Origin: an uncultured Planctomycetia bacterium
GTDB lineage: Bacteria > Planctomycetota > JAKEIC01 > CAZDSO01
DNA: 64,000 bases
NCBI GenBank assembly: GCA_964508045.1
Contig: CAZDSO010000001.1
Coordinates: 746 to 64,745, forward strand
Direction of reading: 5' to 3'
Position numbers and translations under genes: made by a program. The notes under the pieces are model-generated. The model was given only the letters and a program-made list of their open reading frames with translations, ran no database searches and was not told the DNA's origin. This document shows positions 1 through 9,906 of the stretch, one piece after another (positions within the stretch are counted from its first letter, which is position 1; each line of letters begins with the position of its first letter).

Positions 1-105
1 GACAGCCTGCCGCTGGCCTCCGACGTGGACCTCGAGGCCCTGTCCGCTTCCGCGCTCACCGGCGGCCGGATCAAGAACGTCGTGCTCAACGCGGCGGAGA
101 GATAG
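1..105 (+). CDS. 3' end of an AAA+-type ATPase gene (5' part lies upstream of the window)
   Basis: Frame 1 is open from nt 1 to TAG at 103-105. The tail DSLPLASDVDLEALSASALTGGRIKNVVLNAAER resembles the C-terminal lid region of AAA+ ATPases. Confidence 0.35.
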   Translation, partial: DSLPLASDVDLEALSASALTGGRIKNVVLNAAER

Positions 106-172
106 AGGGAAGCGGAAATTTGCGGATCCGTACCGCGCAACCCGCATCGAAAGCAACGGCCGGCCAGAGCCC

Positions 173-1312
173 TCATCGCGTTGCGGCCATCGCCTCCACC
201 TCCTCGTCCCACGCCGGCACCATGCGATCCCACGAGAACCTCTCCACCGCGCGGATGCCCCGCTTCCCGTCCCCCTGCCACAAATCATCCCTCTCCACCC
301 TCCGCGCAAGATCCGCGAGCCTTCGCACGAGATCCCTCCCGTCGTCCTCGTAGAAGAAGGAGTCCTTTCCCTCCCCCTCGTCTCCGGCGAAGACCTCCGG
401 GTACGCGAGCCTCCTCGGCACCAGCGGGAAGGCGCCGGCCGCCGTTGCCTCCACCAGGCTGATCCCGAAGAACTCGTGCCGCGCCGTCGAGACCGCCACG
501 TCGGATTCCATCAGCGCTTCGCGGTACGCCTCCCGCGATTCGAGGTATCCCCAGCGGAGGATGCGCGAGGCGAAGCGTTGCCGCGCTTCCTCGAAGACGG
601 CTTCCACGTTCCGCCCGCTTCCGCCGCCGACCACGGACAGCTGGAACGGGACGTCCTCCGACGCGAGCCCGTCCAGCGCCCGGAAGAACGTCTCCGGCGC
701 CTTGTCCCACTCCCATCGCGCGGACCAGAGAATGCGAAGCGGCCCGGGCTTGCGGGGGCCCCGTTCCGGGAAGGGGTCGATGCCGGGATGCCGCACGCGC
801 GACTTCTTGCGGATCGCCTCGACGCTCTCGAGGTTTTGGTGGTCGGGCATCCTCACGAGGAACGCCTCGAGGCCGCCGAGGAAGCTGTCCCGGTGGAAGG
901 CCGAGTTGAACCAGACGCAGGAGGCGGCGAGCGCCGAGGTCATGTTGGTGAAGGCGAAGTGGTAGTCGAATTCGGACGCGTGCCGGACGGGGTAGGTGAT
1001 CTGGTTCTCGTGGAAGTAGACGAGGCTCGGCAGGATCTTCACCGGCGCCGGCGCGAGTCCGAGAAACGCCGCGAGGTCCAGCATGTCGGAGCAAAAGACG
1101 AGATCCCATGTTTCGCCGGATGCGGCGCGCCGGGCCGCCTCGCCCGCGAAGGTCACGGAAGCGTGCCTCATGCGCCACTTCCACTTGCGGGGAGGCAGGG
1201 TCAACAGGGTCCACTCGTGGCGGCTCCGCTTGGCCCAACCGTCGAGAAACGCCTTGTGGCTCCCGCCGTAATAGGGCTCGAGCGCGAGGATGTTCATCTG
1301 CGGGACCTTCAA
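173..1312 (-). CDS. GT4-type glycosyltransferase with a DUF3524-like N-terminus (tRNA-queuosine mannosyltransferase-like family)
   Basis: 379-aa ORF. The N-terminus NILALEPYYGGSHKAF is typical of DUF3524. The C-terminal GT-B motif HEFFGISLVEATAAG is EX7E-like. An alternative start at the second Met (MNILAL) is possible. Confidence 0.75.
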   Translation of the reverse strand: MKVPQMNILALEPYYGGSHKAFLDGWAKRSRHEWTLLTLPPRKWKWRMRHASVTFAGEAARRAASGETWDLVFCSDMLDLAAFLGLAPAPVKILPSLVYFHENQITYPVRHASEFDYHFAFTNMTSALAASCVWFNSAFHRDSFLGGLEAFLVRMPDHQNLESVEAIRKKSRVRHPGIDPFPERGPRKPGPLRILWSARWEWDKAPETFFRALDGLASEDVPFQLSVVGGGSGRNVEAVFEEARQRFASRILRWGYLESREAYREALMESDVAVSTARHEFFGISLVEATAAGAFPLVPRRLAYPEVFAGDEGEGKDSFFYEDDGRDLVRRLADLARRVERDDLWQGDGKRGIRAVERFSWDRMVPAWDEEVEAMAATR

Positions 1313-1343
1313 GCAGGCCTCGATGCGGCAAGCGCCGTCCAGT

Positions 1344-1590
1344 GATTTCAGATTTCAGCCGTCAGATTTCAGAATCCCCTAGTCAACCAGAGGTGTTTAC
1401 AGCACTCCGCCTTCGGCTTCGTGTTTCACTACGAACCGTTGCATTCTACTTTCAATTGCGGATATTGACGAACACGCTGTTGTACAGCGCTCATTCCTGC
1501 CTCGGATCAAGGCCCTTGCGGACCGGGCGAGGCAGACGCGGCGCCGGCTGAAATCCGAAATCTCCAATCTGAAATCCCTACGCGACGCCA
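1344..1590. repeat. MITE-like element bounded by inverted arrays of the GATTTCAG word
   Basis: Left end is gatttcagatttcagccgtcagatttcagaatcccc (1344-1380). Right end is ctgaaatccgaaatctccaatctgaaatccctacgcgacgcc (1548-1590). The two ends are reverse complements of each other in 10-16 nt blocks. The interior is lower in GC and non-coding. Confidence 0.6.
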
Positions 1591-1662
1591 GACCGAAACC
1601 GGCCGCGGCGCGAATGCCTCCTCCGCGTTGAACCCCCACCGCGGCGCTGCTACCATGCCTCC

Positions 1663-4600
1663 ATGCCTCGCCCCGAAGACCGGCTTGTCGGGATGATCCT
1701 CAACGGCCGCTACCGCGTGCAGGAGCGACTCGGCACCGGCGGCATGGCCTCCGTCTATCGCGTCCACGACGAGCTCGAAGACCGCGCCGCCTGCCTCAAG
1801 GTCCTCTTCGAGGGCGGGGACGACTCGGTCGAGCGGGAACTCCTCGTCCAGGAGTTCCGCACCCTCAAGGGACTCAAGCACCCCAACCTCGAGGAAGTCT
1901 ACGACTTCGGCCGCCTCGAGGGCGAAGACGCCCACTTCTTCTCCAATGAGCTCGTCGACGGCGCCGACCTCGGCGCCGCCTCGAAGGACCTCGACTTCGG
2001 GGCGCTCACCGAATGCCTCGTGCAGATCTGCCGCGCCCTCCAGTACATCCACTCTCGTGGGCTCGTCCATCTCGACATCAAGCCCGAGAACATCCTCGTC
2101 CGGCGAGGCCCCGAGGGAGATCCCCAGGTCAAGATCATCGACTTCGGCCTGGTCTCGAAACGGGACAATCCCCTCGGGGAGGAAATCCGCGGAACCCTCG
2201 CCTACGTGGCCCCGGAGATCCTCCGAGGCGAGGCGTCCGACCACCGCGCGGACCTCTATTCCCTCGGCGTCACCCTCTACCGCCTCCTCTCCGGCGGTGA
2301 GCACCCCTTCTCCGCGAAGTCGGACGTCGAGTCCGTCCTCCAGCGGTTCTCCCGGCAGGTCGACGCGCCCGTCTCCCCCCTCGGCGACATCCCCCCCTAT
2401 CTCGTCCGCGTCACGCTCCGGCTGCTCGAGGCCTCTCCGGAAAACCGGTATCCCGACGCCAACGCCATCATCGAGGACATCCGGCGCGCCACCCGAAAAC
2501 CCTACCCCCTCGAAACCGAGGAAAGCCGGGAAGGACGCGTCCTCTCCGGGCGCTTCGTCGGACGCGAACAGGAGATGGAAACCGTCACAACCCTCCTGGA
2601 CGAGGCCGCCGGCCGCGGCGCGCGGAAGCACGTCCTGATCACCGGCGAGGCCGGCGCCGGCAAGACCCGCTTCCTCCGCGAGATCGCCGTCCGCGCCCAG
2701 GTCGCGGGCCAGCGCGTATTCCGCGGAACCGCCCCGAAACGCGGCGCCGGCGCCTACGCCCACCTCGCCGGCGTCCTCACGGAACTCGTCCTCACCCTCG
2801 GCCGGGAACACCCCCGGGTCCGCGAACACGGCCCCCCCCTCGCCCGCATCCTGCCGGCACGCCTCGGGCTCGGCGATCCCCCGCCCCCGCTGGAAGGGCG
2901 CGCCGAGAGCATCCGCATCGCGGACGCGGCGAGCCGGCTGGTGCTCGGCTTCGCGCGCGGAAAACCGACGGTGGTCCTGCTGGACGATCTGGACCGCGCG
3001 GACCCCGGCACGGCGGACGCGCTGGCCTATCTGGTCCGGTCCACCCCCGCCTCCGGCGACGGCGCGCCGTCGCTGCTCGTCGTCGCGACGATCCGGGAAA
3101 CGGGTAGGAAGGAAGGCCCCGCTTCCCGCCTGTTCGGGGCGACCGAGACGAAGGCGGAATGGACGGAGGTCCCGCTCGGCCCCCTGGACGAGACGGCCGT
3201 GCAGGATCTCCTGGAGTCCATGTTCGGGGCCGGGGAGGTTCCGGATACGTTCCTCGAGCGGATCTTCGCGGCGAGCCGGGGCAACCCCCTTTTCCTGGAA
3301 GAGGCCGTCAGACTCCTCGCGGCGCGGGGGGATCTCCGCTGGACGGGCCGCCGGTGGGCATTTCCGGCGAGACCGGAGTCGGTGTCCATCCCGGAGAATC
3401 TCGAGGAGATCTTCGATCAATCGTTGCGGGACGTCGAGGAGGAGGACCGCGGGATCCTGGAAGCGATGGCGGTCTGGGGAAGGCCGGCCGGGGTGCGCGC
3501 GCTCCAGGCGACGCTGGGCGGGCGGTCTCTCGCGTCGGCCGCGGCCTCCCTGGCCAGGCTGCACGGCCGGGATCTGGCGGAACGAATGGACGAGGCGTCC
3601 GGGGCGCGCTGGCGGGTTCGGGGAAGCCTTTTCGAGGCGTACCTCTACGGCCGGATCCCGGCGGACGAGAAGAAGCGTCTCCACGGCCGGGCGGGGGCCT
3701 TTCTCGAGGAGCAGGGCGCGGAAGGCGCGCATGCGCTGGCGGAGGTGTCCCGTCATCTCCTCGCGGGAGGTCGGGGAGCGCAGGGCGTGGAGCGCGCGCT
3801 GGAGGCGGGCCGGAGGTTTCTGGACGTGGCGCAGTTCGACCGGGGCATCACGGTGTTGAAGCTGGCGGAAGAGGAAACGGGGGAGGCCGATGCTGCGACG
3901 CTCTCGGCGCTGCACTCGCTGGCGGGGAAGTGCCGGATGTACTCGGGGGACATGCCCGGCGCGCTGGAAGCGTTCCGGAAGGCGGATCGGCACCTGGAGA
4001 GGCAGGGGGCAAAAGCGCGAAAGGAGAGGCTCGAGATCCTCATCCACATCGGGGACATCCTGCGCGTGCTGGGCAGGGAAGAAGAAGGTTTCCGCTTCCT
4101 GGAACGGAGCGAGGCGATCGCGGCGGAGACGGGGGATCCGCTGGACGCGGCCCGGATCCGGCTGCACAAGGGAAACCGGCTCTGCGTCACGGGCCGGGTG
4201 GCCGAGGGGTTTCGGATCCTCGAGGAGGCGATCGGGGACCACGAGGCCCTCCTCGAACTCAACGAGGGCGCCGTCGCCAGCCTCCACCTGGCCAACCGCG
4301 AGGCGCGCCGCGGGGATCTCGCCAAGGCGGAGACCTGGCTCGCCGTCTCGGAACGGTACGCCCGCCGGCGGGGATCGAAGCACGGTCTTGTGATCGCCGA
4401 GCGGTACCGGGGCTACTGGGCCATGGAGGCGGGCCGGCTGGAGGAAGCGCGGAAACACCTCGAGGCGGCGCTCGCGCTCGTGCGCGAGATCGGCCACCGG
4501 AAGGAGGAAGGGTTCACGCTCGAGCCGCTGGTGAACGTGAACCTCGAGCTGGGGCGCTACGAGGAGGCGGAACGGCTGGTCCAGGAGGGGATGGCGACCT

Positions 4601-7600
4601 TCCAGGCGCTGGGGGACGAGGCCGCGGTCACGCGCCTGTACCAGAACCAGAGCGATTTCTGCCTCCTGCGGGGCGAGTTCGACGAGGCGATCGCCGTGCA
4701 GCATTCCGTCCTCCGGTTCTGGCAGGAGAAGGGGCATCCACTCTGGATCCCGGTCTCCGAGCTCAACACCGGCCAGGTCCACGTCGCGACCGGCCGCCCC
4801 GCCGAGGCCCTCCTCCATCTCCGGCAGGCGCTCACCCGTTTCCGGGACCTCGGGCAGTCGTCGTACATGCTGCATACCCGCCGCGTCCTCGGCGAACATT
4901 ACCTCGCGCGGGGCAAGTGGCGCGCGGCCCTTCGCATCACCGAGCGATGCCTGGAAAGCGGGGGCCCGGAGGGCAGCATCCCGGGCGAGGGTGTGGTCCG
5001 GTCGTTGCGGGCGATGGCCCTGGCGCACCTCGGACGGGTCAAGGAGGCGGAAGAGGAAGGAGAGCGGGCCTCCCGTCGCCTGGCGAAGGACGGGAACGTC
5101 CACATCGGCCTGGAGGAGGCGTTCCACAAGGCGCTGCGCGCCCGCGAGCGGGGACATTTCACGAGCGCGGCGGCCGGCCTCGCGCCGGTGCTCGAGACGG
5201 CGCGGGAGCGGGGGCGCCGGTCGCTCGAGCTGCGCGCCCTCGCGGTCCTGGGCGAGGTGCGGGTTCGTGAAGGATCCCTCGCGAAGGCCCTCCTATGCCT
5301 CAACCGCGCGACGGCCCTGAACCAGGGCGTGAAGGGCCGCCTCGAGGGCGTCGAGATCCGCCTCGCCCGCGCCGGTCTCTTCGAGCGGCTCGGCGACGAC
5401 GCCGAAGCACGGGCCGCCGCCCGCGAGGCGATCGCCCTCGCGGAATCCCTGAGAAATCCCGCCCTTGCCGGACGCGCCCGCCTCGCGGCGGGGCGCCTGG
5501 ATCGCCTGGCCAAGCGGGAAAACGCGCGGTCCCACCTCGAGGGGGCGCTCGCGTCCCTCCGGCGCGCCGGGGACCACCGAGGGCTCTGCGAGGTCCGGCT
5601 CGAGCTCGCCCGCCTCCTTCCCGCCGGCGAAGCCCGGCGGCAACGCGATGAGACGGAACGCCTCCTGGAAAACACCGGCACCCCCGATCTCGAGGCCCGG
5701 CTCGCCCTGCAACGGGCGGAATCCCGCGCCCGGGAAAGCGGTCCCGCGCCCGGGATCGAAGCCCTCCTCGAGAAGGCGCTCACCGCCGCGCGCGCGTCGG
5801 GAGACCGGGACCTGGTCCGGCGGGCGCACCATGCGCTGGCCTGCCTGCAGGCGGGGCGGGCGGAAAGCGGACGCCCCGCGCCGCACGCGACCGAGGCCCG
5901 GTCCATCGAGGAGGAGATGGCCTCGGACCTGCCGGAAGCACGGCTGGATGCCTTCCGGAAAACCAACGCCGGGATCCGCCGCGATATCGAGCGGATCTTC
6001 CGCCCCGAGGCGGGCGCGCCGCGAGAAAGCGCTCCCCCGGCGACGACTGCGGAAGCCTCGCCCCGCGAGGTCCATACCCTGCGGTCCATCCTCGAGGTCT
6101 GCAAGGAGTTCAACGCCGAGACGAATTTCCCGGATCTCCTCACCCGCATCCTGGACGACGCGATTTCCCTCTTCGGCGCCCGGCGCGGCTTCCTCCTGAT
6201 CGACACCGGGAAAGCGCTGGAGCCGCTGGTGTCCAGGAACTTCCGCGAGGAAGACGAGGCGGACCTCAGGATCAGCCGGACTCTCGCCCGCCGCGTCTTC
6301 GAGACCGGGCGGGGCGTCCATACCGGGAACGTGCTGGAGGAGGAAGCCTTCCTGGACAGCCACAGCGTGCACGCGCTGAAGTTGCAATCGGTCCTGTGCG
6401 CCCCGCTCAGAAGCGCCGGGGAGGCCGTCGGCGCCCTCTACCTGGACCAGCCGGCTCTCGAGGAGGCGTTCCGGGAAAAAGACCTGGATCTCCTCGGCGC
6501 CCTGGCCGACCTGGCCGGAATCGCGATCGAGAACGCCCGGCTGCTCGAAGGCCTTCAAGAGCGCGAGCGCGAGCTGGAGGAGAGGAATCTCGATCTGACG
6601 GAGGAAGTCCAGACGCGGATCCTCGAGGTCGAGGAGGTCCGGCGCACGCTGCACGATCGCGAACGGGAACTGAAAGGACGGGACCTCTACAAGGAAATCG
6701 TCGGGGAGAGCGAGGCCGTGCGACGGCTCTTCTCCCTCCTCGACCGCGTCAGCGCGTCCGCCCTTCCCGTGGTCCTCCAGGGCGAGACCGGAACCGGCAA
6801 GGAACTCGCGGCCCGGGCCGTTCACCAGGGCAGCGTCCGACGGGCCCGGCCGTTCGTGAGCGTCAACTGCGCGGCCCTCCCCGAGAACCTCCTGGAAAGC
6901 GAGCTCTTCGGCTACCGAAAGGGTGCCTTCACCGGCGCGACGAAGGACAGCTTGGGCCTGTTCGTCCACGCCGACGGCGGCTCGCTCTTCCTCGACGAGA
7001 TCGGCGACATGAGCCCCTCGCTCCAGGCCAAGCTCCTCCGCGTCCTCCAGGAAGGTGAGGTCCGGCCCCTGGGCGAAAAAACCTCCGTGCCCGTGGACGT
7101 GCGCATCCTCTGCGCGACCAACCGCGACCTCGCCGAGCGCGTCGAAGCGGGCGCCTTCCGCGAGGACCTCTTCTACCGACTGAACGTCCTCCGCGTCGAA
7201 CTCCCCTCCCTCAGGGAAAGACGGGAGGACATCCCCCTCCTGGCCTCCCATTTCCTCAAGGAGGTCCTCAAGAAGGAGAAGAGGAAGGAGAGGGACCTCA
7301 TCCTCTCCCAGTCCGCCCTGAAGGCCTTGAAGCGGCATCACTGGCCCGGAAACGTCCGCGAGCTGAAGAACACGATCGAAAGGGCCGCGGTCTTCGCCTC
7401 CTCCGACCGGATCACGGCCGAGGAGATCGAACTGGTGTTCCACCGGGAACCGGGGGAGGAGAAGGCCGAGGAGACGGATGCGCCCGGCGACTACCGCGAG
7501 GCCAAGACCGCCTTCGAGAAGGCCTACATCGAGAGGATGCTCCGGCGGCACGAGGGAAACGTGACCCGGGCGTCCGAGGAAGCCGACCTCCAGCGGGGTT

Positions 7601-7656
7601 ACTTCCACCGTCTGATGAAGAAATACGGCCTCAAGGCGGCCGATTTCAAGCAGTGA
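1663..7656 (+). CDS. Ser/Thr protein kinase / STAND (AAA_16-like) ATPase / TPR / GAF / sigma-54 enhancer-binding AAA+ / Fis-type HTH fusion protein
   Basis: 1,997-aa uninterrupted ORF. Kinase motifs: GTGGMASVY, HLDIKPENILV, DFGLV, YVAPE. P-loop ITGEAGAGKT with LLDDLD. Long helical-repeat middle. GAF-like block (LRSILEVCKEF...GFLLID). Sigma-54 core: [33 protein letters not shown]-terminal HTH NVTRASEEADLQRGYFHRLMKKYGL. Confidence 0.9.
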   Translation: MPRPEDRLVGMILNGRYRVQERLGTGGMASVYRVHDELEDRAACLKVLFEGGDDSVERELLVQEFRTLKGLKHPNLEEVYDFGRLEGEDAHFFSNELVDGADLGAASKDLDFGALTECLVQICRALQYIHSRGLVHLDIKPENILVRRGPEGDPQVKIIDFGLVSKRDNPLGEEIRGTLAYVAPEILRGEASDHRADLYSLGVTLYRLLSGGEHPFSAKSDVESVLQRFSRQVDAPVSPLGDIPPYLVRVTLRLLEASPENRYPDANAIIEDIRRATRKPYPLETEESREGRVLSGRFVGREQEMETVTTLLDEAAGRGARKHVLITGEAGAGKTRFLREIAVRAQVAGQRVFRGTAPKRGAGAYAHLAGVLTELVLTLGREHPRVREHGPPLARILPARLGLGDPPPPLEGRAESIRIADAASRLVLGFARGKPTVVLLDDLDRADPGTADALAYLVRSTPASGDGAPSLLVVATIRETGRKEGPASRLFGATETKAEWTEVPLGPLDETAVQDLLESMFGAGEVPDTFLERIFAASRGNPLFLEEAVRLLAARGDLRWTGRRWAFPARPESVSIPENLEEIFDQSLRDVEEEDRGILEAMAVWGRPAGVRALQATLGGRSLASAAASLARLHGRDLAERMDEASGARWRVRGSLFEAYLYGRIPADEKKRLHGRAGAFLEEQGAEGAHALAEVSRHLLAGGRGAQGVERALEAGRRFLDVAQFDRGITVLKLAEEETGEADAATLSALHSLAGKCRMYSGDMPGALEAFRKADRHLERQGAKARKERLEILIHIGDILRVLGREEEGFRFLERSEAIAAETGDPLDAARIRLHKGNRLCVTGRVAEGFRILEEAIGDHEALLELNEGAVASLHLANREARRGDLAKAETWLAVSERYARRRGSKHGLVIAERYRGYWAMEAGRLEEARKHLEAALALVREIGHRKEEGFTLEPLVNVNLELGRYEEAERLVQEGMATFQALGDEAAVTRLYQNQSDFCLLRGEFDEAIAVQHSVLRFWQEKGHPLWIPVSELNTGQVHVATGRPAEALLHLRQALTRFRDLGQSSYMLHTRRVLGEHYLARGKWRAALRITERCLESGGPEGSIPGEGVVRSLRAMALAHLGRVKEAEEEGERASRRLAKDGNVHIGLEEAFHKALRARERGHFTSAAAGLAPVLETARERGRRSLELRALAVLGEVRVREGSLAKALLCLNRATALNQGVKGRLEGVEIRLARAGLFERLGDDAEARAAAREAIALAESLRNPALAGRARLAAGRLDRLAKRENARSHLEGALASLRRAGDHRGLCEVRLELARLLPAGEARRQRDETERLLENTGTPDLEARLALQRAESRARESGPAPGIEALLEKALTAARASGDRDLVRRAHHALACLQAGRAESGRPAPHATEARSIEEEMASDLPEARLDAFRKTNAGIRRDIERIFRPEAGAPRESAPPATTAEASPREVHTLRSILEVCKEFNAETNFPDLLTRILDDAISLFGARRGFLLIDTGKALEPLVSRNFREEDEADLRISRTLARRVFETGRGVHTGNVLEEEAFLDSHSVHALKLQSVLCAPLRSAGEAVGALYLDQPALEEAFREKDLDLLGALADLAGIAIENARLLEGLQERERELEERNLDLTEEVQTRILEVEEVRRTLHDRERELKGRDLYKEIVGESEAVRRLFSLLDRVSASALPVVLQGETGTGKELAARAVHQGSVRRARPFVSVNCAALPENLLESELFGYRKGAFTGATKDSLGLFVHADGGSLFLDEIGDMSPSLQAKLLRVLQEGEVRPLGEKTSVPVDVRILCATNRDLAERVEAGAFREDLFYRLNVLRVELPSLRERREDIPLLASHFLKEVLKKEKRKERDLILSQSALKALKRHHWPGNVRELKNTIERAAVFASSDRITAEEIELVFHREPGEEKAEETDAPGDYREAKTAFEKAYIERMLRRHEGNVTRASEEADLQRGYFHRLMKKYGLKAADFKQ

Positions 7657-7866
7657 ACACAAAGATGTTCTCCCGAGGATCGGCGGAAATCCTTTTGATA
7701 ATTGAAGATAACACCTTCATCCCTCCTTCCCTCTTTTCTTGTAGCTGAAAAGCTCCATTTCCTCCCTTCTCCGGCGATCGTCGTTCCCGGGATCCACAGC
7801 GGAAAGAAATTCTTAACTTCAATCAAATAAATGGGTTGGGTTCTTTCGACGGGAAAACCGACGCTG

Positions 7867-7883
7867 TTGGCATGAATGGTGCT
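7867..7883 (+). promoter_or_regulatory. candidate sigma-54 (-24/-12) promoter
   Basis: TTGGCATGAATGGTGCT has GG(7869-70)-N10-GC(7881-82) spacing, matching TGGCAC-N5-TTGCW at most positions. It lies about 40 nt upstream of the ATG at 7923, with GGAGG at 7911-7915, and follows an AT-rich tract. Confidence 0.5.
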
Positions 7884-7922
7884 CCTTCATGAGCCGTCAC
7901 GAGCTTTGATGGAGGATCAACC

Positions 7923-9896
7923 ATGAACTCGAAACACGTTTGGATCGGCTCTCTCCTGGCCCTGTTCCTGTTCTTCACGGTCTCCTGCAAGAAGGAGGGG
8001 GTCGAGTTGACCTCCGTGACGGTCACGGGGGAGACGGAGGCGCTGGCGAAGGGGAAATCCCAGATCCTGGAAGCGGAAGGGACCTACAGCGACGGGACCA
8101 CGGCGACGATCGAGGTGAAGTGGAGCGTGTCGGATCCCTCGCTGGGCGAAATCCTCGCCGTTTCGGGGTCGCCGGAGAAGGCCGTTCTGCAAACGCTTGA
8201 GGAGGGGGAGTTGACGGTCCGGGCGGAAGCGAAGGAGGAGCCGGCGGTGAGCGCGTATTTCACCGTGACGGTGTTCGAGCCGGTGATGGAATCCATCGTG
8301 GTGTCGCCGGGATCTGCGAGCGTTCCCGAGGGCCTGACCGCGGCGTTTTCCGTGGAGGCCGAATACAGCGACGGGACGACGGCCCCGGTCTCCGTGGAAT
8401 GGTCCTCGAGCGACGAGGGGATCGCGACGGTGGACGGGACGGGCACCGTGACGACCGTTTCCCTGGGCGAGGCGACGATCACGGCGACGACCCTGGAAGA
8501 GCCGATCTTCTCGGACGCGGCGACGGTGACGGTGCTCGAGGCCGTTCCGGTGGGGCTTGCGGTCTCGCCCGCTTCCGCGTCGCTCGAGGAGGGCTGCACG
8601 CTGTCCTTCACGGCGTCGGTGAAGTACTCGGACGGATCCACGGGGGATCCGATCGAGGCGACGTGGACGAGCGCCGACGGGAACGTGGCGGTGATCGACG
8701 CCTCGGGCACGGCCACGGGCGTGGCGGCGGGCGTGGTGACCCTCACGGCCACGGCCGTCTCCGACGCGAGCCTTACGGGCGAGGCGGATCTGACGGTGGT
8801 GCCGGGTGTGGTGTCCATCTCGGTGACGCCGGGGACGGCGTCGGTGGTGCCGGGGAACACGCAGTCCTTCACGGCCACGGGGACGTACTCGGACCAGTCC
8901 ACGGCGCCCGTGGCGGTGACGTGGTCGAGCTCGAACACGACGGTGGCGACGATCGACGCCTCCGGCGTGGCGACGGGTCACACGAAGGGGACGGCGACGA
9001 TCACGGCGGCCTACCAGGCGAATCCGGGCGTGACGGGCTCCGCGACGCTGACGGTGGCCCCGTTCACCCGCATGTACATGAACAACAATCCCGACATCGA
9101 TTCGGTTCCCTTCACCGGCGGGTCCGGCCGGAACGACTACGTGGCTTCGACGCGCGTCCGCAGCATCCTGGTGAGCCGGGACAAGCAGACGCTCTACATG
9201 CTGGACGGGAACGGGGCGCTGTACGGCCTGGATCTCACCACGTATCAGCTGCAGACCCTGATCGCTTCGAGCTCGCCCCTGCTCCGCCAGGCCCTGAGCA
9301 TCGACGCGCAGGGGAACCTCTTCGCGGCGGGCTACAGCTACGTCAACAGCACGAACATGTACTCCGTCGAGAAGATCGACCCTTCCACCTGGACGGTCTC
9401 CACCTTCAGCCCCCTGGGGAACTCGACCTGCTATCACGACACCCTTCCCATGAACGGCGACGTCTACGTCGCGACCTGGGGCGGGATCGCAAGGGCGTCC
9501 TCGGGCGCGGCACCCACGAACGTCTTCACGAGCGGCATGAACGTGTTCACCAGCATCGCGGCCGACGCCAACGGGGACCTGTACACCGTCGAGTTCTGGA
9601 ACAAGGACGTGTGGAAACTCACGGACCTGAACAGCGACGGCAACTATTACGGCATGGGCGAATCCGGCGTATTCAAGAACTACGGAATGCAGTGGATCTG
9701 CGAGGTGGAGATGGACGCCGAGGACAGCCTCTACGTGGCCGAGCTGCAACAGGACGCCTCGAATCCCTCCCACGGCATCTGGAAGCTCCGGGATCTGAAC
9801 AACGACGGAGACGCCGTGGACGCCGGCGAGGGCTCGATCTGGTGCACGCGACCCTACCTCTCGGGCTGGGGCGGCGGCGGCATGAGCTTCAAGTAG
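7923..9896 (+). CDS. lipoprotein with four Big_2 (bacterial Ig-like) repeats and a C-terminal NHL/beta-propeller-like domain
   Basis: Lipobox signal MNSKHVWIGSLLALFLFFTVSC. Four ~85-aa repeats of the form V.P..A.v..G.t..ftA...YSDGtt..v...W.SS. The C-terminal half has repeated D.(Q/N)G(N/D)L(F/Y) blade-like motifs. Confidence 0.85.
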   Translation: MNSKHVWIGSLLALFLFFTVSCKKEGVELTSVTVTGETEALAKGKSQILEAEGTYSDGTTATIEVKWSVSDPSLGEILAVSGSPEKAVLQTLEEGELTVRAEAKEEPAVSAYFTVTVFEPVMESIVVSPGSASVPEGLTAAFSVEAEYSDGTTAPVSVEWSSSDEGIATVDGTGTVTTVSLGEATITATTLEEPIFSDAATVTVLEAVPVGLAVSPASASLEEGCTLSFTASVKYSDGSTGDPIEATWTSADGNVAVIDASGTATGVAAGVVTLTATAVSDASLTGEADLTVVPGVVSISVTPGTASVVPGNTQSFTATGTYSDQSTAPVAVTWSSSNTTVATIDASGVATGHTKGTATITAAYQANPGVTGSATLTVAPFTRMYMNNNPDIDSVPFTGGSGRNDYVASTRVRSILVSRDKQTLYMLDGNGALYGLDLTTYQLQTLIASSSPLLRQALSIDAQGNLFAAGYSYVNSTNMYSVEKIDPSTWTVSTFSPLGNSTCYHDTLPMNGDVYVATWGGIARASSGAAPTNVFTSGMNVFTSIAADANGDLYTVEFWNKDVWKLTDLNSDGNYYGMGESGVFKNYGMQWICEVEMDAEDSLYVAELQQDASNPSHGIWKLRDLNNDGDAVDAGEGSIWCTRPYLSGWGGGGMSFK

Positions 9897-9906
9897 GAGA
9901 GACGCC

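Noticed and set aside
1507-5157. 1,216-aa minus-strand ORF antisense to the kinase-EBP gene, and similar giant ORFs at 3159-5270, 4899-6206 and 5293-7662
   Set aside because: The translations are dominated by R/P/G/A runs and carry no motifs. They lie entirely antisense or out of frame to a gene with many strong motifs. This is the typical stop-codon-poor artefact of high-GC DNA.
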